The notes beneath the pieces are model-generated. The model was not told the DNA's origin. It saw only the letters and a program-made list of their open reading frames with translations, and did no database searches. Source: Dehalococcoidia bacterium (GTDB lineage: Bacteria; Chloroflexota; Dehalococcoidia; UBA2979). Taken from it: a stretch of DNA of 64,000 bases. The stretch covers positions 2,336,001-2,400,000 of the forward strand of contig OZ253555.1 of NCBI GenBank assembly GCA_965262725.1. Reading direction: 5' to 3'. Shown here piece after piece: positions 53,721-64,000 of the stretch (its first letter is position 1; the number at the start of each line of letters is the position of its first letter). Made by a program: the position numbers and the translations under genes.

Positions 53721-56700
53721 TCAGTCGCTCTTGGCGATCAGCGGCGTGGCCGGGGCGATGCCCTCGGGGAAGAGCTCGCGGAACGCCTCGTTCACGAACT
53801 CGGGTGCGCCGAGGATGTAGGGCACGTACTCGCCGTCGATCAGGGCGTAGACGGCGCTGACGTTGGTGCCCTGCGCGCAGCTGTCGAGGTCCTCGACGCT
53901 CCCGCCCTCGTAGAGCAGGAGGCTGAAGCCGCTGGCGATCTCGCCGCGCAGGCAGTCCGCCCCGAACTCCGGCACGGCGTCACTCGCTGGCGCCGGGCTG
54001 GGCGGCCCCTCGCTCTTGATGATGAGGGGTGTCGTGGCGGGGACGCCCCCTGCGAACAGCTCGCCGAAGGAGCTGTTCACGAAGTCGGGTGCACCGAAGA
54101 TGTAGGGCACGTAGCCGCCGTCGTTCAGGGTGTAGAGGGCCGTGGCGTGGCGGCTTTGCGCGCAGGCCACCAATTCCTCGACGCTGCCGCCCGCGTAGAC
54201 GAGGAGGCTGAAGCCGACGGAAACGGCGCCGCGCAGGCAGGCCGCCGTGGACGGCACGCCGGCCGCATCGCCGAAGCGCACGCGGTAGATCTTCGTGCGG
54301 CTCTCGTCCGCCGATGTCACGGTGATGGTGATCTCGGTGCCGCCGGCGACGGCGGCCTGGCGCCCGTCGGCCGCCTCGTCGCTGTCGGGGGGCTCGATGG
54401 CGACCGTCGCTGCGGGCTGGACCGCCTCCGCCTCGACCGTCGTCTCCGTCACGCCGTCTGCCGCGACGCCCTCGTACTCGGTCTGGTTGCTGGAGAACTC
54501 GCCGATGTCGACGCCGCCGAGGGTCAGCGAGGCGAGGCGAGCGTCGATGGGGTCGGGGATGTTGTAGCTGTAGACCTTGCCGTCGCTGGCGTCGGCGACG
54601 TACATCACGTCGCCGTCGGACCAGATACCTCGAGGGCTGTTGTTGCGGGCGCCGCTCAGCTCCTTGAAGTCCTCATCACTGACGCGCTCGAGTTCCTTGT
54701 TTTCCTCATTGGAGGCTTGCTCGTCGTCGGGCAGCGTGGGCAGCCGGTAGGCGATGAGCCGCTTAGCTCCGTCGTCGGAGACCCAGACGCCGACGCCATC
54801 CGACCAGATGCCGTGGGGGTCGCCGTTGGAGGCGTCGAGGGCGTACTCCGCGAGCAGGTCGCCGCTGCCGAGGTCGTAGGCGAAGAGGCTGTTCTTCCCA
54901 TCGTCCAACACCCACATCGTCTTGCCGTCGGACCAGATGCCGCGCGCGTCGCGGTTGCGTTCGGCGAGCACGAGGTCGCGCGCGCGGAGGCGGTCGCCAG
55001 TCGCGAGGTCGTGAGCGAAAAGGCGATTCTGGCCACTGTCGGAGACCCACACCGTCACGTCGTCCGACCAGAAGCCGCGGGGCGCGCGGTTGGCGGTGTC
55101 GAGGGCAAACTCGCGCTCCTCGACGCGCTCGCCGGTGGCGAGGTCGTAGACGTACACCGCATCGTCGGCGCCATCGCCGTTGTCGGCGATGTAGAGCATG
55201 TTGCCGTACGACCACATGCCCGTCGGCCGGTCGTTGCCGGGCTCGAGCGCCTCGATGTCGCGTGCAACGTTCCACTCGAAGTCGATGATGCTCGGAGCGG
55301 GCCCGGTGGGACCGCCACCGCCGCCGCCGCCCGTTCCGATCGCAGGTCGCGGCTTAATCGTGACGACCGCCTCGTCTGGACTGCCCCCGGTGACCCGATG
55401 CGGTAACGAGCCATTGAACGTGATCGTCACGATCTCACCGTCATCGTCGTCGGTGTCCTGGGTTGACGTGAATGTGAACGACTGCTCCGTCCCACCCGGT
55501 TCAAAGGTCAGCGTGAGCGGATCTGTGTCCGGGTCCATGGAGTAGTCATCTGCGGTGGCCCCGTCAGCCTCGGTCGTGAACTCCAGGGCGATCGTCACTT
55601 CCCGCTCTGGATCAGCGCTCAGGTTGATCTGGATTGCCTGGCTCATTCCCTCCGGGACCGTGTACTCCGCCTGTTCGAAGCCGACGGTCACCTCAGGATC
55701 GTCGTTATCGGTGATGCCGATGGTCGCTTCCGATGGTGAGCCTGCCGAGACCCTTGATGGCAGCGTGCCGAGCCCGATCGTCAAGCCCTCATCGTCGTCA
55801 TCGATGTCGTCGTCCTTGGCATTGATCGTGAAGGACTTCGAGCGTTGGTTCTCCGGGAATTCCACGCTCGTGGGCAATGGCTCGTCCACGTCGTCGGCGC
55901 TGTAGGTTCCGACGGGCGTAATCGTCAGCGGGACCGTGACGGCGCGCTCCGGCGCCTGGTCCAGGGTGACGGTCACGATCACCGATTCTCCTTCGGCGAC
56001 GGTCTCTGACGCAGCTTCGATCTTGACCATGACGTCCGGCACGTTGCCGTCAACGATTGCAACGGTCGTCGTCGACGGGTCACCCGTCGACGGATCAGGG
56101 GCGGTTACTCCATCCGGCAGCTCTCCGAACCGGATCTCAACGCTCTCGTCATCGTCGTCTTCCTCGTCCGCTGGCGCGGTCACGGTGAACATCGCCTCGG
56201 TCTGGTCGACGGCGAACGCGACGTTCGTCGGCACGCCGTCGTAGTCGCCATCCGAGATGCCGTTCATCGGCGTTTCGGTCAGTGGAATGGTCACCGTCCG
56301 CTCGGGCGCCGCGCTCAAGTGGACGGTCACCGACGCACTCCCGCCCTCGGGGACGATGTACGTGGCGGCGCCGAACTTCACCGTCACTTGCGGGTCGTCG
56401 TCGTCGGTGATGCTGATTTCCGTCGAGGGCACGTCGCCTGCCGAGACTCGGTCATCCGGCATCGTGCCGAAGCCTATCGTGACCTGGTCGTCGTCGTCGT
56501 CCTCGCTGTCATCGACGGTCATGAAGGTGATCGTCTCGGACCTCTTGTCGGTCGAGAGCGTCACGCTGGTGGGCACCCCGGTGTAGTCGGCGTCCGTGGC
56601 GCCGCCGTCGAACTTCGGCACCAGCTGGATGATCAGTTCCCGCTCGGGATCGACATCGAGCGAGACCGTGAGGTCCACCGCCGCACCCTCTGCCACGGTG

Positions 56701-59700
56701 TGCATGGCGTGCGAGAAGCTCACCTTGACGGACGGGTGGTCGTCGTCCGCGATTGCTACCGTGGTCTCGGCCGGACTGGCCTTGCTCACCCGAAGATCCG
56801 TGATCGTCCCAAACTCTATCTTGACGCTCTCGTCGTCATCATCGACGTCGTCGCCCGCTGCGGTGAGTTCAAACGTCTTCGATGTCTCGCCCGGACCAAA
56901 GGTCACGTCGTCCGGGATCGTGTAGTCGGCCGGGTCAGTGGGGTCGGGCGGGTCCGCCGGGTCAGTGGCGCCGTCCTGGCCGGACGCAGTCAACGGGACC
57001 TCGACCGTCCGCTCCGGGTCAGCGCTCAGCAACACCTTCACTGTGACCTTGTGCTCTTTCACGTCCGGGGTGTCTGGATCGTCGCTCTCGGCGACCGTGT
57101 ACGAGTCCTTTTCGAAGCTGACCATGACCATGGGAACGTCGTCGTCGGTGATATTGACGGTCGTCTCGGCGATGGTCCCCGCTGTGACGCCGGTAGGCAG
57201 CGTGTCGAAGCCGATGACCACGCTCTCGTCGTCATCGTCCACATCGTCCGAGTCCACGGTGAAGGCGAAGGTCTCTGAGGTCTGGCCGACGATGAAACTC
57301 ACGCTTGCCGGGAAGTCCGAGTAGTCGTCCCCGGTCGCGCCATCCTGGCCGCTCGAGGTCAGCGGAATGCTGACCATGCGCTCCGGGTCCTTGTTCAACG
57401 TCACGGTGATGGCGACAGTGGCGCCTTCGGCCGCTGTGTAGGTGGCAAGTTCGAAGTCGGCGACGACATCAACGATGTTATCGATGATGGTTACCGTCGC
57501 CTCGCTCGGGGTGCCGGCGGTCACGCCGGCCGGCAGCGAGGACCCGAAGCCGATCGTCACGCTCTCGCCGTCGTCACTGACGTTGTCGTTCGCCGCGGTG
57601 AACGTGATTCCCTTCGATGTGTCGGTAGCACTGAACGTGACGCTCTGGTCCACCAGGGTGTAGTCGGCAGCCGTGGCGCGGTCTGGAGTCGCGGTCAAGG
57701 GGATGGTGACCTGGCGCTGCGGCGCCGGGCTGACCAAGACCGTGACGGTGATGTCCCCGCCTTCGGGGGCGTCGTAGGTCGATGGGTCGAACTTGACCGT
57801 CACATTGGGGACATCGTCATCGGTGATGCTGACGACGGTCTCGGGTGTGTCGCCCGCGGTGATGCCCGTTGGCAAAGATGAACTGAATGCGATCTTGACG
57901 CTCTCACCCTCGTCGTCCGTGCTGTCGTGCTCTGCCGTGAACGTGAACGTCTTCTCCATGTCATTGGCTTCGAATGTGACGCTCATGGGGGTCGAGTAGT
58001 CGGTGCTGCCGGCGGTGTCGCTTGTGATCGTGAACGGAATCGTCACCTGGCGTTCGGGCGCAGCGCTCAGCTTCACCTTGACCGCGACCTCGTTCTCTTT
58101 CACCGGCGTGGTCGTATCGTCGCTCTCGGCGACCGTGTACGAGTCGCGTTCGAAGTTCACCTTGATGGACGGGAAGTCGTCGTCGGTGATGGAGACCGTG
58201 GCTACATTTGTGGTGCCCTCCGTCACGCCGTCGGGCAGGTTGTCAGTGTCGAAGCCGAGTGTGACGCTTTCGCCGTCGTCGTTGTCGGTATCGTGAGTGG
58301 CCTTGAACGTAATCGTCTTCTCGGTATCACCACTCGCGAAGGACACAGTCATCGGCACGCCCGAGTAGTCGCCGCTGCCGATGTTGGCCTCCGACCTGGA
58401 GATCGGGATCACCACCGTGCGCTCCGGAGCCGCGCTCAGCTTCACCTTGACCGCGACCTCGTTCTCTTTCACCGGCGTGGTCGTATCGTCGCTCTCGGCG
58501 ACCGTGTACGAGTCTTCTTCGAAGCTGACCGTCACCGCGGGAACGTCGTCGTCGGTGATCGAGACCGTTGACTGGCTGTAGGTTCCCAGCGAAACGCTGT
58601 CGGGCAGCGGGAGCGGCCCGAAGCCGAGCAGCAGCGACTCTCCATCGTCGTTTTCGGTGTCCTCCGTCGCAATGAAGCTGATGATCTTCTCGGTCTCACC
58701 ACTCGCGAAGGACACAGTCATCGGCACGCCCGAGTAGTCGCCGCTGCCGATGTTGGCCTCCGACCTGGAGATCGGGATCACCACCGTGCGCTCCGGGTCC
58801 GCGCTGAGCTTCACCTTGACATCGACGCTCTCACCCTCGTCGACAACGTACGTCGCATGTTCAAAGCTGACCATGACCGCGGGAACGTCAGTGTCGTCAA
58901 TGGTGACAATGGTAATGAAATGATCTCCCAAGCCGACTCTGTTCGGCAGTCCCAGGTCGGGCTCAAGCTCGACGAACTCACCGTCGTCGTTAAATGAGTC
59001 ATTGGCCGCGGTGAACCTGACGGTGGCCAGCGTTGCAGTCGCAGCGAACTCCACCACGACCGGGTCGACGGTATAGTCGTCGATTGTGGCAGTGGTCTCG
59101 GCGGTTGATTGCAGTGTGATCGTGATCAGGCGCTCTGGCGGGGCGGTCAATTCCATCATGAGATCTATATAATCGCCCTCAGACACCGAATACGTACCCT
59201 CTTTGAAGCCCACCTTGAGCACCGGATTGTCGTTATCCTCGATGCTGACCGTGGTGGTCGCGTACGTAGTGCCTGCCCCTACCCCCGCCGGCAGCGTTCC
59301 GAACTCGATCAATACCCACTCATCGTCGTCGTCCACATCGTCATTATTCGGAGTGAAGATGACCGTCTTCGCTGTTGCACCCGCCTCGAAGGTGACGCTG
59401 GTGTCGGACAAGCTGTAGTCCGCCACGGTTGCTCCGCCCTTACCGGTCGCCATGAGCGGGATGGTGACCGGGCTGCCCAGGGCCGGGCTCAGCGTGACGG
59501 TGACCGTGACCTCGGTCTCATTCAGCGGCGTGTTCGGGTTGTCTCTCTCTCCGCCCTCGTAAGTGGCGGCGCCGAAGTTCACCGTGGCAGCGACGTCGGC
59601 AATGCTCACTGCGGTCTCGAACGTGGTGCCGACCGCATAGCCGGGTGGCAACGCGCCGAGTTCGATCTTCACGCTTTCGCCGGTATCTCTCACCGAGTCC

Positions 59701-62700
59701 AGCCTGGCGCTGAACACGATCATCCCCGATGTGTCGCCCGCATCGACGGTGACGCTTGTGGGCACGTCGTAGTCGGCGGTGGTCGCGCCATCCTGCCCCG
59801 TGACCGTCAGCGGAATCACAACCGAGGTGCTCGGCGCCGCGTCCAGGGTGACCGTGATCGATACGGTGCCGCCCTCGTCGACGCTATAGGTGGACTGCCC
59901 GAGGTTCACCGCCACCAGCTGCGTCGCTTCGACGTCGTTGATAGTGATGACTGTTTCGTCCGGGCTGCCCTTGACCAGGCCGGCTGTCAACATATTCATA
60001 CTGAACGTGACGGTCTCGCCGTCGTCGGTCTCGGAATCAGTTCTGGCCCGGAACTGAAACGTCCTGGCGACTTCCCCGGCGGCGAAGATGACATTGCTCG
60101 GCACGCTCCCAAAGTCCGCCGCCGTCGCGCCGCTTACGGTTGCAAGCAGATCGACGCTGACCTGTTGCCCAGGGTCACCGCCGAGCTCGACCGACACTTC
60201 CACCATCTCGCCTTCGTCGACGGTGTAGGTGGCTGATCCAAAGCTAACTTCGAGGTTGCGGGTGGCGAGGACCGAGTAATACTGCGTCGTTGTGCCGTCT
60301 TCGGCCGTGACGGTGATGCCAATCTCGGACTCACCGGTCCAGGCGGCCTCTGTTGCCACGCCCGACATGGTGTCCGGCCCGTGGGTGTTCGACATCGTCG
60401 CGCCGCTAAAGCTCGTCATCCCGGTCAGCGTGACGCTTGTCGCCGCGGCGCCGATCGTGGCCGTGTAACTGGTCGTGGCCGAGTCGAACGCGGGCGACAG
60501 CGTGATGGCGCCGTTGTTGTCGACGAAGGCCAGGGCGCCCAATGTCGCGTCGGTTGAGGCGGCCTTGTCGACGTGAATCTTGTAGATCTTGGTCCGGCTC
60601 CCATCGGGCGAGGTGACCATGAACTTGACCAGGTTGTCGCCCGGGACGAGTGGCCAGACAGCGTCGTATGCCGCGGTGTTCGTGTCCTCGTGGCCGCCGA
60701 CGTAGAGGATGCTGTCCACGGTTCCGCTGGTGCTCGGCGTCACGACTCCGGTGAGGGAGTCGATCTCGCTGTCCGCGGTTGCGGTGTAGAGGAAGCTGTA
60801 CTTGTCGAAGGTTGGAGTGAGGGCGACCGCGTTTCCGTCGGAACCGGTCAGCGTGATCGAGCTCAGCGTGCCGTCGGTCTGGGTCGTCTGGTCGTTGTTG
60901 ATAATCAGACCGGACGCGGCAGTGACGAAGCCCAGTTGCGCGTTCTCGGATGGACTGCTGAGTTCAACATTGAAGGTCTCGTCGTCCTCGTCGACAGAGT
61001 CGGCCGTGGTGGTGATAGTGACGGTCTTCTCGGTCTCGTTGGCGGCGAAGGTCAGTGTCGCGGCGGATACGCCGGTGTAGTCGGAGTCGGCGGTGGTGGC
61101 GCTGTCGTCGGCCGTGCTGTATTCGACCGTGACTGCTTCACCCAGCGCCGAGCTGAGGCTGACCGTGAACTGGACGCCCGAGCCCTCGACCGCCTGCGAT
61201 CCGGTGATCGACAAGTGAGGCTTGCCGGCTTCCAGCGGCGAATTGAGCACCATCACCAGCGCCGCTGTCAGCCCATTGGTTGATTGGCAGCCTTCATTTG
61301 GCAGAGCGGCGGAGTGGATGACACGACAGCGGTCGGCGATGCTCCAGCCCTCGTCGCTCGACGGATCTTCGTCGTCATCCTTCGTATGAAGCAGACCCAC
61401 TTCTCCCTGGACTGATTCGACGTACACGAGATAGGTCGTGTTGGCGGCCAATGTGATCGTTTCACCGGCCGGCGCGGTGAAGGTGACGGCGCCCACTCCC
61501 GTGCCGAGGCTCGAGAAGTCGGGCCGCGTCAACGTATGCAGCCTGGCGCCGGGATCGACTCCACTCGCCGAGTAGATGTGAACGTCTGCCTGGGCATTGT
61601 TGGTTCGCTTTTGGAATGACGGAAGTGTGACGCTGCCCAGGACGGCGGGCTCGGAACCAGTGGTGAATGCTTGAGTGCGTGCCTTGAATTGGCTGCGCCC
61701 GAGTGAACCGATCAACAGCCGTTCGGTCCCCGGAATCAATTGCGTGGCATTGCCGACCAGCACCGTATTGTTGGCGGTGGGCGCGCTGATGGGTGTTGCG
61801 TAGGCGTGGCTCTCGCTTGTGGGTTCCTTGTTGGACTGGCCGGCTCCGTTGTACGCCACTACCTGGACGTTGTATTCCACGCCGCCGGTCAGCCCGGTGA
61901 TGGTATGAATCCGGGTCTTCCCACCGACGACCACGTCGCGGCGCCCGGCCGAGCCATCAAGGTCATGGACCTCCGCGCCCGACTTCCACATCACGTGATA
62001 GCCGTCGGCAGCGGCGACTTCACCCCAGCGGGCCTTGATCGATTCGACTTCTTCTTCAGCGGTCACGTCTCTTGTGAGCGCGGGGTCCTTCATTGTGAGG
62101 ACGATCTCGGCGATCCTGTTGTCACTGAATTTGCCGGTGTTGCGCAAGCTCGCGATCGTGCCTTGCGGCGAAGTCGCGGTGGTGCTGCTCTCGAATTCCG
62201 TGCCGTCCAGGGTGCCGGCATCGAACGGGAACAGTTCAATGGAGATTCTGTTATTTGCGTCTAATGTGGGCCAGGTTCCACCTTGATGTAGATCGTATGC
62301 GCTGACGCCGGCGAACCAGTCCGAGGACGGATTGATCTTGACGAGGATCGTGACGCAACTGAACTCTTCCTCTATGGCGAGGTCCGGCCCCCCCTTGCCT
62401 GTGGTAGGTCCGTTTGGCGGGTTTATCGTCCAGAAGTCCTGCGCATTGCCTGCCGCGACCGCCGCGTCCAGTTCTGCCTCGAAGGCAGCGGTAGAGCCCG
62501 TCTCAGCCAACGCCTGAACACCAGCGCTGGCCGTGCCAGCTACGCTGAAGAATGACACGTCGCACTTGTGAGCCACGATGATCGTATCGCCGAATCCGGC
62601 GTCGGACGGGCGCGTGACGCCCGTAGCGAGGGCCGCCACGTTGAACTTGCCAATGACTCGTGCTTTGAACTTTCGCAGCTCCGACGGGCTGGCGGCGTCC

Positions 62701-62810
62701 GCCATGCCGGCAGTGCCCGCCAGCACGGCGAGGACCGCGAGCACGGTCGCCACCAGGAGGACCGGGAAGCACCACCGGGAGCAGACCCGCGCCAGCGTTC
62801 GACTGCTCAT
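53721..62810 (-). CDS. Giant secreted protein 4 (~3029 aa): signal peptide, Spondin_N-like domain, FN3, choice-of-anchor-R-like domain, cadherin-like sandwiches, many Calx-beta repeats, poly-Gly, shared C-terminal module
   Basis: ATG 62810 with GGGGAG upstream. ASAGVQALAETG..INPSSDWFAG..FDAGT spondin motifs; repeated V.F...Y.V.EG..V.V.LS..PER..DDDDE..I.DDD Calx-beta units. Confidence 0.9.
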   Translation of the reverse strand: MSSRTLARVCSRWCFPVLLVATVLAVLAVLAGTAGMADAASPSELRKFKARVIGKFNVAALATGVTRPSDAGFGDTIIVAHKCDVSFFSVAGTASAGVQALAETGSTAAFEAELDAAVAAGNAQDFWTINPPNGPTTGKGGPDLAIEEEFSCVTILVKINPSSDWFAGVSAYDLHQGGTWPTLDANNRISIELFPFDAGTLDGTEFESSTTATSPQGTIASLRNTGKFSDNRIAEIVLTMKDPALTRDVTAEEEVESIKARWGEVAAADGYHVMWKSGAEVHDLDGSAGRRDVVVGGKTRIHTITGLTGGVEYNVQVVAYNGAGQSNKEPTSESHAYATPISAPTANNTVLVGNATQLIPGTERLLIGSLGRSQFKARTQAFTTGSEPAVLGSVTLPSFQKRTNNAQADVHIYSASGVDPGARLHTLTRPDFSSLGTGVGAVTFTAPAGETITLAANTTYLVYVESVQGEVGLLHTKDDDEDPSSDEGWSIADRCRVIHSAALPNEGCQSTNGLTAALVMVLNSPLEAGKPHLSITGSQAVEGSGVQFTVSLSSALGEAVTVEYSTADDSATTADSDYTGVSAATLTFAANETEKTVTITTTADSVDEDDETFNVELSSPSENAQLGFVTAASGLIINNDQTTQTDGTLSSITLTGSDGNAVALTPTFDKYSFLYTATADSEIDSLTGVVTPSTSGTVDSILYVGGHEDTNTAAYDAVWPLVPGDNLVKFMVTSPDGSRTKIYKIHVDKAASTDATLGALAFVDNNGAITLSPAFDSATTSYTATIGAAATSVTLTGMTSFSGATMSNTHGPDTMSGVATEAAWTGESEIGITVTAEDGTTTQYYSVLATRNLEVSFGSATYTVDEGEMVEVSVELGGDPGQQVSVDLLATVSGATAADFGSVPSNVIFAAGEVARTFQFRARTDSETDDGETVTFSMNMLTAGLVKGSPDETVITINDVEATQLVAVNLGQSTYSVDEGGTVSITVTLDAAPSTSVVIPLTVTGQDGATTADYDVPTSVTVDAGDTSGMIVFSARLDSVRDTGESVKIELGALPPGYAVGTTFETAVSIADVAATVNFGAATYEGGERDNPNTPLNETEVTVTVTLSPALGSPVTIPLMATGKGGATVADYSLSDTSVTFEAGATAKTVIFTPNNDDVDDDDEWVLIEFGTLPAGVGAGTTYATTTVSIEDNDNPVLKVGFKEGTYSVSEGDYIDLMMELTAPPERLITITLQSTAETTATIDDYTVDPVVVEFAATATLATVRFTAANDSFNDDGEFVELEPDLGLPNRVGLGDHFITIVTIDDTDVPAVMVSFEHATYVVDEGESVDVKVKLSADPERTVVIPISRSEANIGSGDYSGVPMTVSFASGETEKIISFIATEDTENDDGESLLLGFGPLPLPDSVSLGTYSQSTVSITDDDVPAVTVSFEEDSYTVAESDDTTTPVKENEVAVKVKLSAAPERTVVIPISRSEANIGSGDYSGVPMTVSFASGDTEKTITFKATHDTDNDDGESVTLGFDTDNLPDGVTEGTTNVATVSITDDDFPSIKVNFERDSYTVAESDDTTTPVKENEVAVKVKLSAAPERQVTIPFTITSDTAGSTDYSTPMSVTFEANDMEKTFTFTAEHDSTDDEGESVKIAFSSSLPTGITAGDTPETVVSITDDDVPNVTVKFDPSTYDAPEGGDITVTVLVSPAPQRQVTIPLTATPDRATAADYTLVDQSVTFSATDTSKGITFTAANDNVSDDGESVTIGFGSSLPAGVTAGTPSEATVTIIDNIVDVVADFELATYTAAEGATVAITVTLNKDPERMVSIPLTSSGQDGATGDDYSDFPASVSFIVGQTSETFAFTVDSDDVDDDDESVVIGFDTLPTGVTAGTIAETTVNITDDDVPMVMVSFEKDSYTVAESDDPDTPDVKEHKVTVKVLLSADPERTVEVPLTASGQDGATDPADPPDPTDPADYTIPDDVTFGPGETSKTFELTAAGDDVDDDDESVKIEFGTITDLRVSKASPAETTVAIADDDHPSVKVSFSHAMHTVAEGAAVDLTVSLDVDPERELIIQLVPKFDGGATDADYTGVPTSVTLSTDKRSETITFMTVDDSEDDDDDQVTIGFGTMPDDRVSAGDVPSTEISITDDDDPQVTVKFGAATYIVPEGGSASVTVHLSAAPERTVTIPLTETPMNGISDGDYDGVPTNVAFAVDQTEAMFTVTAPADEEDDDDESVEIRFGELPDGVTAPDPSTGDPSTTTVAIVDGNVPDVMVKIEAASETVAEGESVIVTVTLDQAPERAVTVPLTITPVGTYSADDVDEPLPTSVEFPENQRSKSFTINAKDDDIDDDDEGLTIGLGTLPSRVSAGSPSEATIGITDNDDPEVTVGFEQAEYTVPEGMSQAIQINLSADPEREVTIALEFTTEADGATADDYSMDPDTDPLTLTFEPGGTEQSFTFTSTQDTDDDDGEIVTITFNGSLPHRVTGGSPDEAVVTIKPRPAIGTGGGGGGGPTGPAPSIIDFEWNVARDIEALEPGNDRPTGMWSYGNMLYIADNGDGADDAVYVYDLATGERVEEREFALDTANRAPRGFWSDDVTVWVSDSGQNRLFAHDLATGDRLRARDLVLAERNRDARGIWSDGKTMWVLDDGKNSLFAYDLGSGDLLAEYALDASNGDPHGIWSDGVGVWVSDDGAKRLIAYRLPTLPDDEQASNEENKELERVSDEDFKELSGARNNSPRGIWSDGDVMYVADASDGKVYSYNIPDPIDARLASLTLGGVDIGEFSSNQTEYEGVAADGVTETTVEAEAVQPAATVAIEPPDSDEAADGRQAAVAGGTEITITVTSADESRTKIYRVRFGDAAGVPSTAACLRGAVSVGFSLLVYAGGSVEELVACAQSRHATALYTLNDGGYVPYIFGAPDFVNSSFGELFAGGVPATTPLIIKSEGPPSPAPASDAVPEFGADCLRGEIASGFSLLLYEGGSVEDLDSCAQGTNVSAVYALIDGEYVPYILGAPEFVNEAFRELFPEGIAPATPLIAKSD

Positions 62811-63096
62811 GCATGCTCCCCGACGGTGCTCACAGCGCGCAATCCACCCCGGGGCCGCGAGGGCTGCTCCGGCCAGAACGGCGTTATCAACGTCGCGATT
62901 CTCAGCAGCGGCGAGGTGCAACCCAATCGATATCCATGACGCGGTGTTCTTCGCAGTTGGCCGCTCACGCCCTCTCTTCGAGAGCACTCACGGTTCTGGC
63001 GGCCCGAGCGTCCGAGGCGACTCGCACACGACGGAGCGGCTCGACCGAACCTGGTGGGTGGCTGAGCCGGTGCGAATCCGCATCGGATCGGCCCTA

Positions 63097-63124
63097 ATCG
63101 TACGGCTATGAGGGATAGCGTCAA
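63097..63124 (-). promoter_or_regulatory. Candidate sigma70-type promoter for giant gene 4
   Basis: Minus strand TTGACG-N16-TACGAT in an AT-richer patch about 290 bp upstream of ATG 62810. Confidence 0.4.
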
Positions 63125-63372
63125 TCCGGCGTACTATCATTTCGCAGCGTACTGTGAGGTCGGCTTTCACGGACTCGAACCGTGGGCCTACCGCTCACCG
63201 GCCGACTGAGCGAGCGCTCCGAGTCACGGCGCGGCATGGGAGGCGGCGCGCCGCTTACCCGAGGGCGTCCCACAGTTGCGATAGGCGAGGCATCAGGGGT
63301 GAGGCTCCGTTCGGCAGGCGCATCACCGGCGGCGATCCCCTGGCGTCCGCAGCGCAGGGGAGTGGGAAGAAC

Positions 63373-63547
63373 CCTCCGACGAGGACAGAGCACTCGGGCG
63401 CGTCGCTGATGAGGATTTCAAGGAGCTGAGCGGCGCAGCAACAACAGCCCGCGCGGCATCCGGTCCGATGGCGACATGATGTACGTCGCCGACCAGAGCG
63501 ACGGCTGGGTCTACACGTACAACATGCCCGACACCATCGACGCGCGA
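63373..63547 (+). pseudogene. Orphan frameshifted fragment of the shared C-terminal module
   Basis: RVADEDFKELSG / SNNSPRGIRSDGDMMYVADQSDGWVYTYNMPDTIDAR. Confidence 0.8.
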
Positions 63548-63922
63548 TGGCGATCCCTCGCCAGTCGCTGTGTCCGCCGCAGCGACGTCCGAGCCGGTGC
63601 CGACCGCGACACGCGAGCCCGCGACGACGCCGACTGCGGCGCCGGAGCAGCGCCAGCGCCTCGCTCCGATGCCTCCTACGCGGTCATCCCGTCCGCCAGC
63701 CCGCCGGCCTGGGGAAGAAGATCTCAATGCGATGCCCCGGTCTCGGGCCCGCGGAGCTTCGGAGGTTCACCTGTCGCTCACCGTCTGCCTGACGCACGAG
63801 CGGGGGAACAACTCCTGCAAGGTCTACTGTGAGCACACCTTCGTTGTGACTCCCCTATATCGTGCTGGCAGATAGTCCGTCAGCCGGAGGCATCGTCCCT
63901 CCGCCTGCCCGGAGGTACCGGC

Positions 63923-64000
63923 ATGGGCGTGGCTCGCGCATCGCTGTGGCTGCTGGCCCTGGTCGCGCTCTCGGCTGCCCTGCTCACCCTCCAACCCCGG
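63923..64000 (+). CDS. 5' start of a secreted/membrane protein running off the window
   Basis: GGAGG then ATG 63923: MGVARASLWLLALVALSAALLTLQPR. Confidence 0.55.
   Translation, partial: MGVARASLWLLALVALSAALLTLQPR

Overview
GC-rich bacterial DNA. Gene content suggests Chloroflexota/Dehalococcoidia, possibly a host-associated (e.g. sponge) symbiont; this is inference. Positions 1-6.9 kb hold core metabolic genes: threonine aldolase, a circularly permuted CcdA, an aldo/keto reductase, two LLM oxidoreductases and an M20 peptidase. At 6953-6999 lies a lone 3' half of tRNA-Glu(CTC), a likely att site, and the rest of the window looks like an accessory island. The island is dominated by four giant secreted proteins (about 1300-3000 aa) with differing N-terminal cargo: two kexin-like S8 proteases with FN3/cadherin stalks, an Ig-repeat protein and a Spondin_N/Calx-beta protein. 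All four end in the same poly-Gly-linked C-terminal module of about 530 aa, and four orphan fragments of this module also occur. Interspersed are three paralogous HisKA_3 kinase/NarL-type regulator pairs (one regulator interrupted by an intact IS1380 with a 5-bp TSD), a candidate external chaperone lipoprotein coupled to one protease, a duplicated ~200-bp non-coding element upstream of two giant genes, and many decayed defence, toxin-antitoxin and IS remnants.
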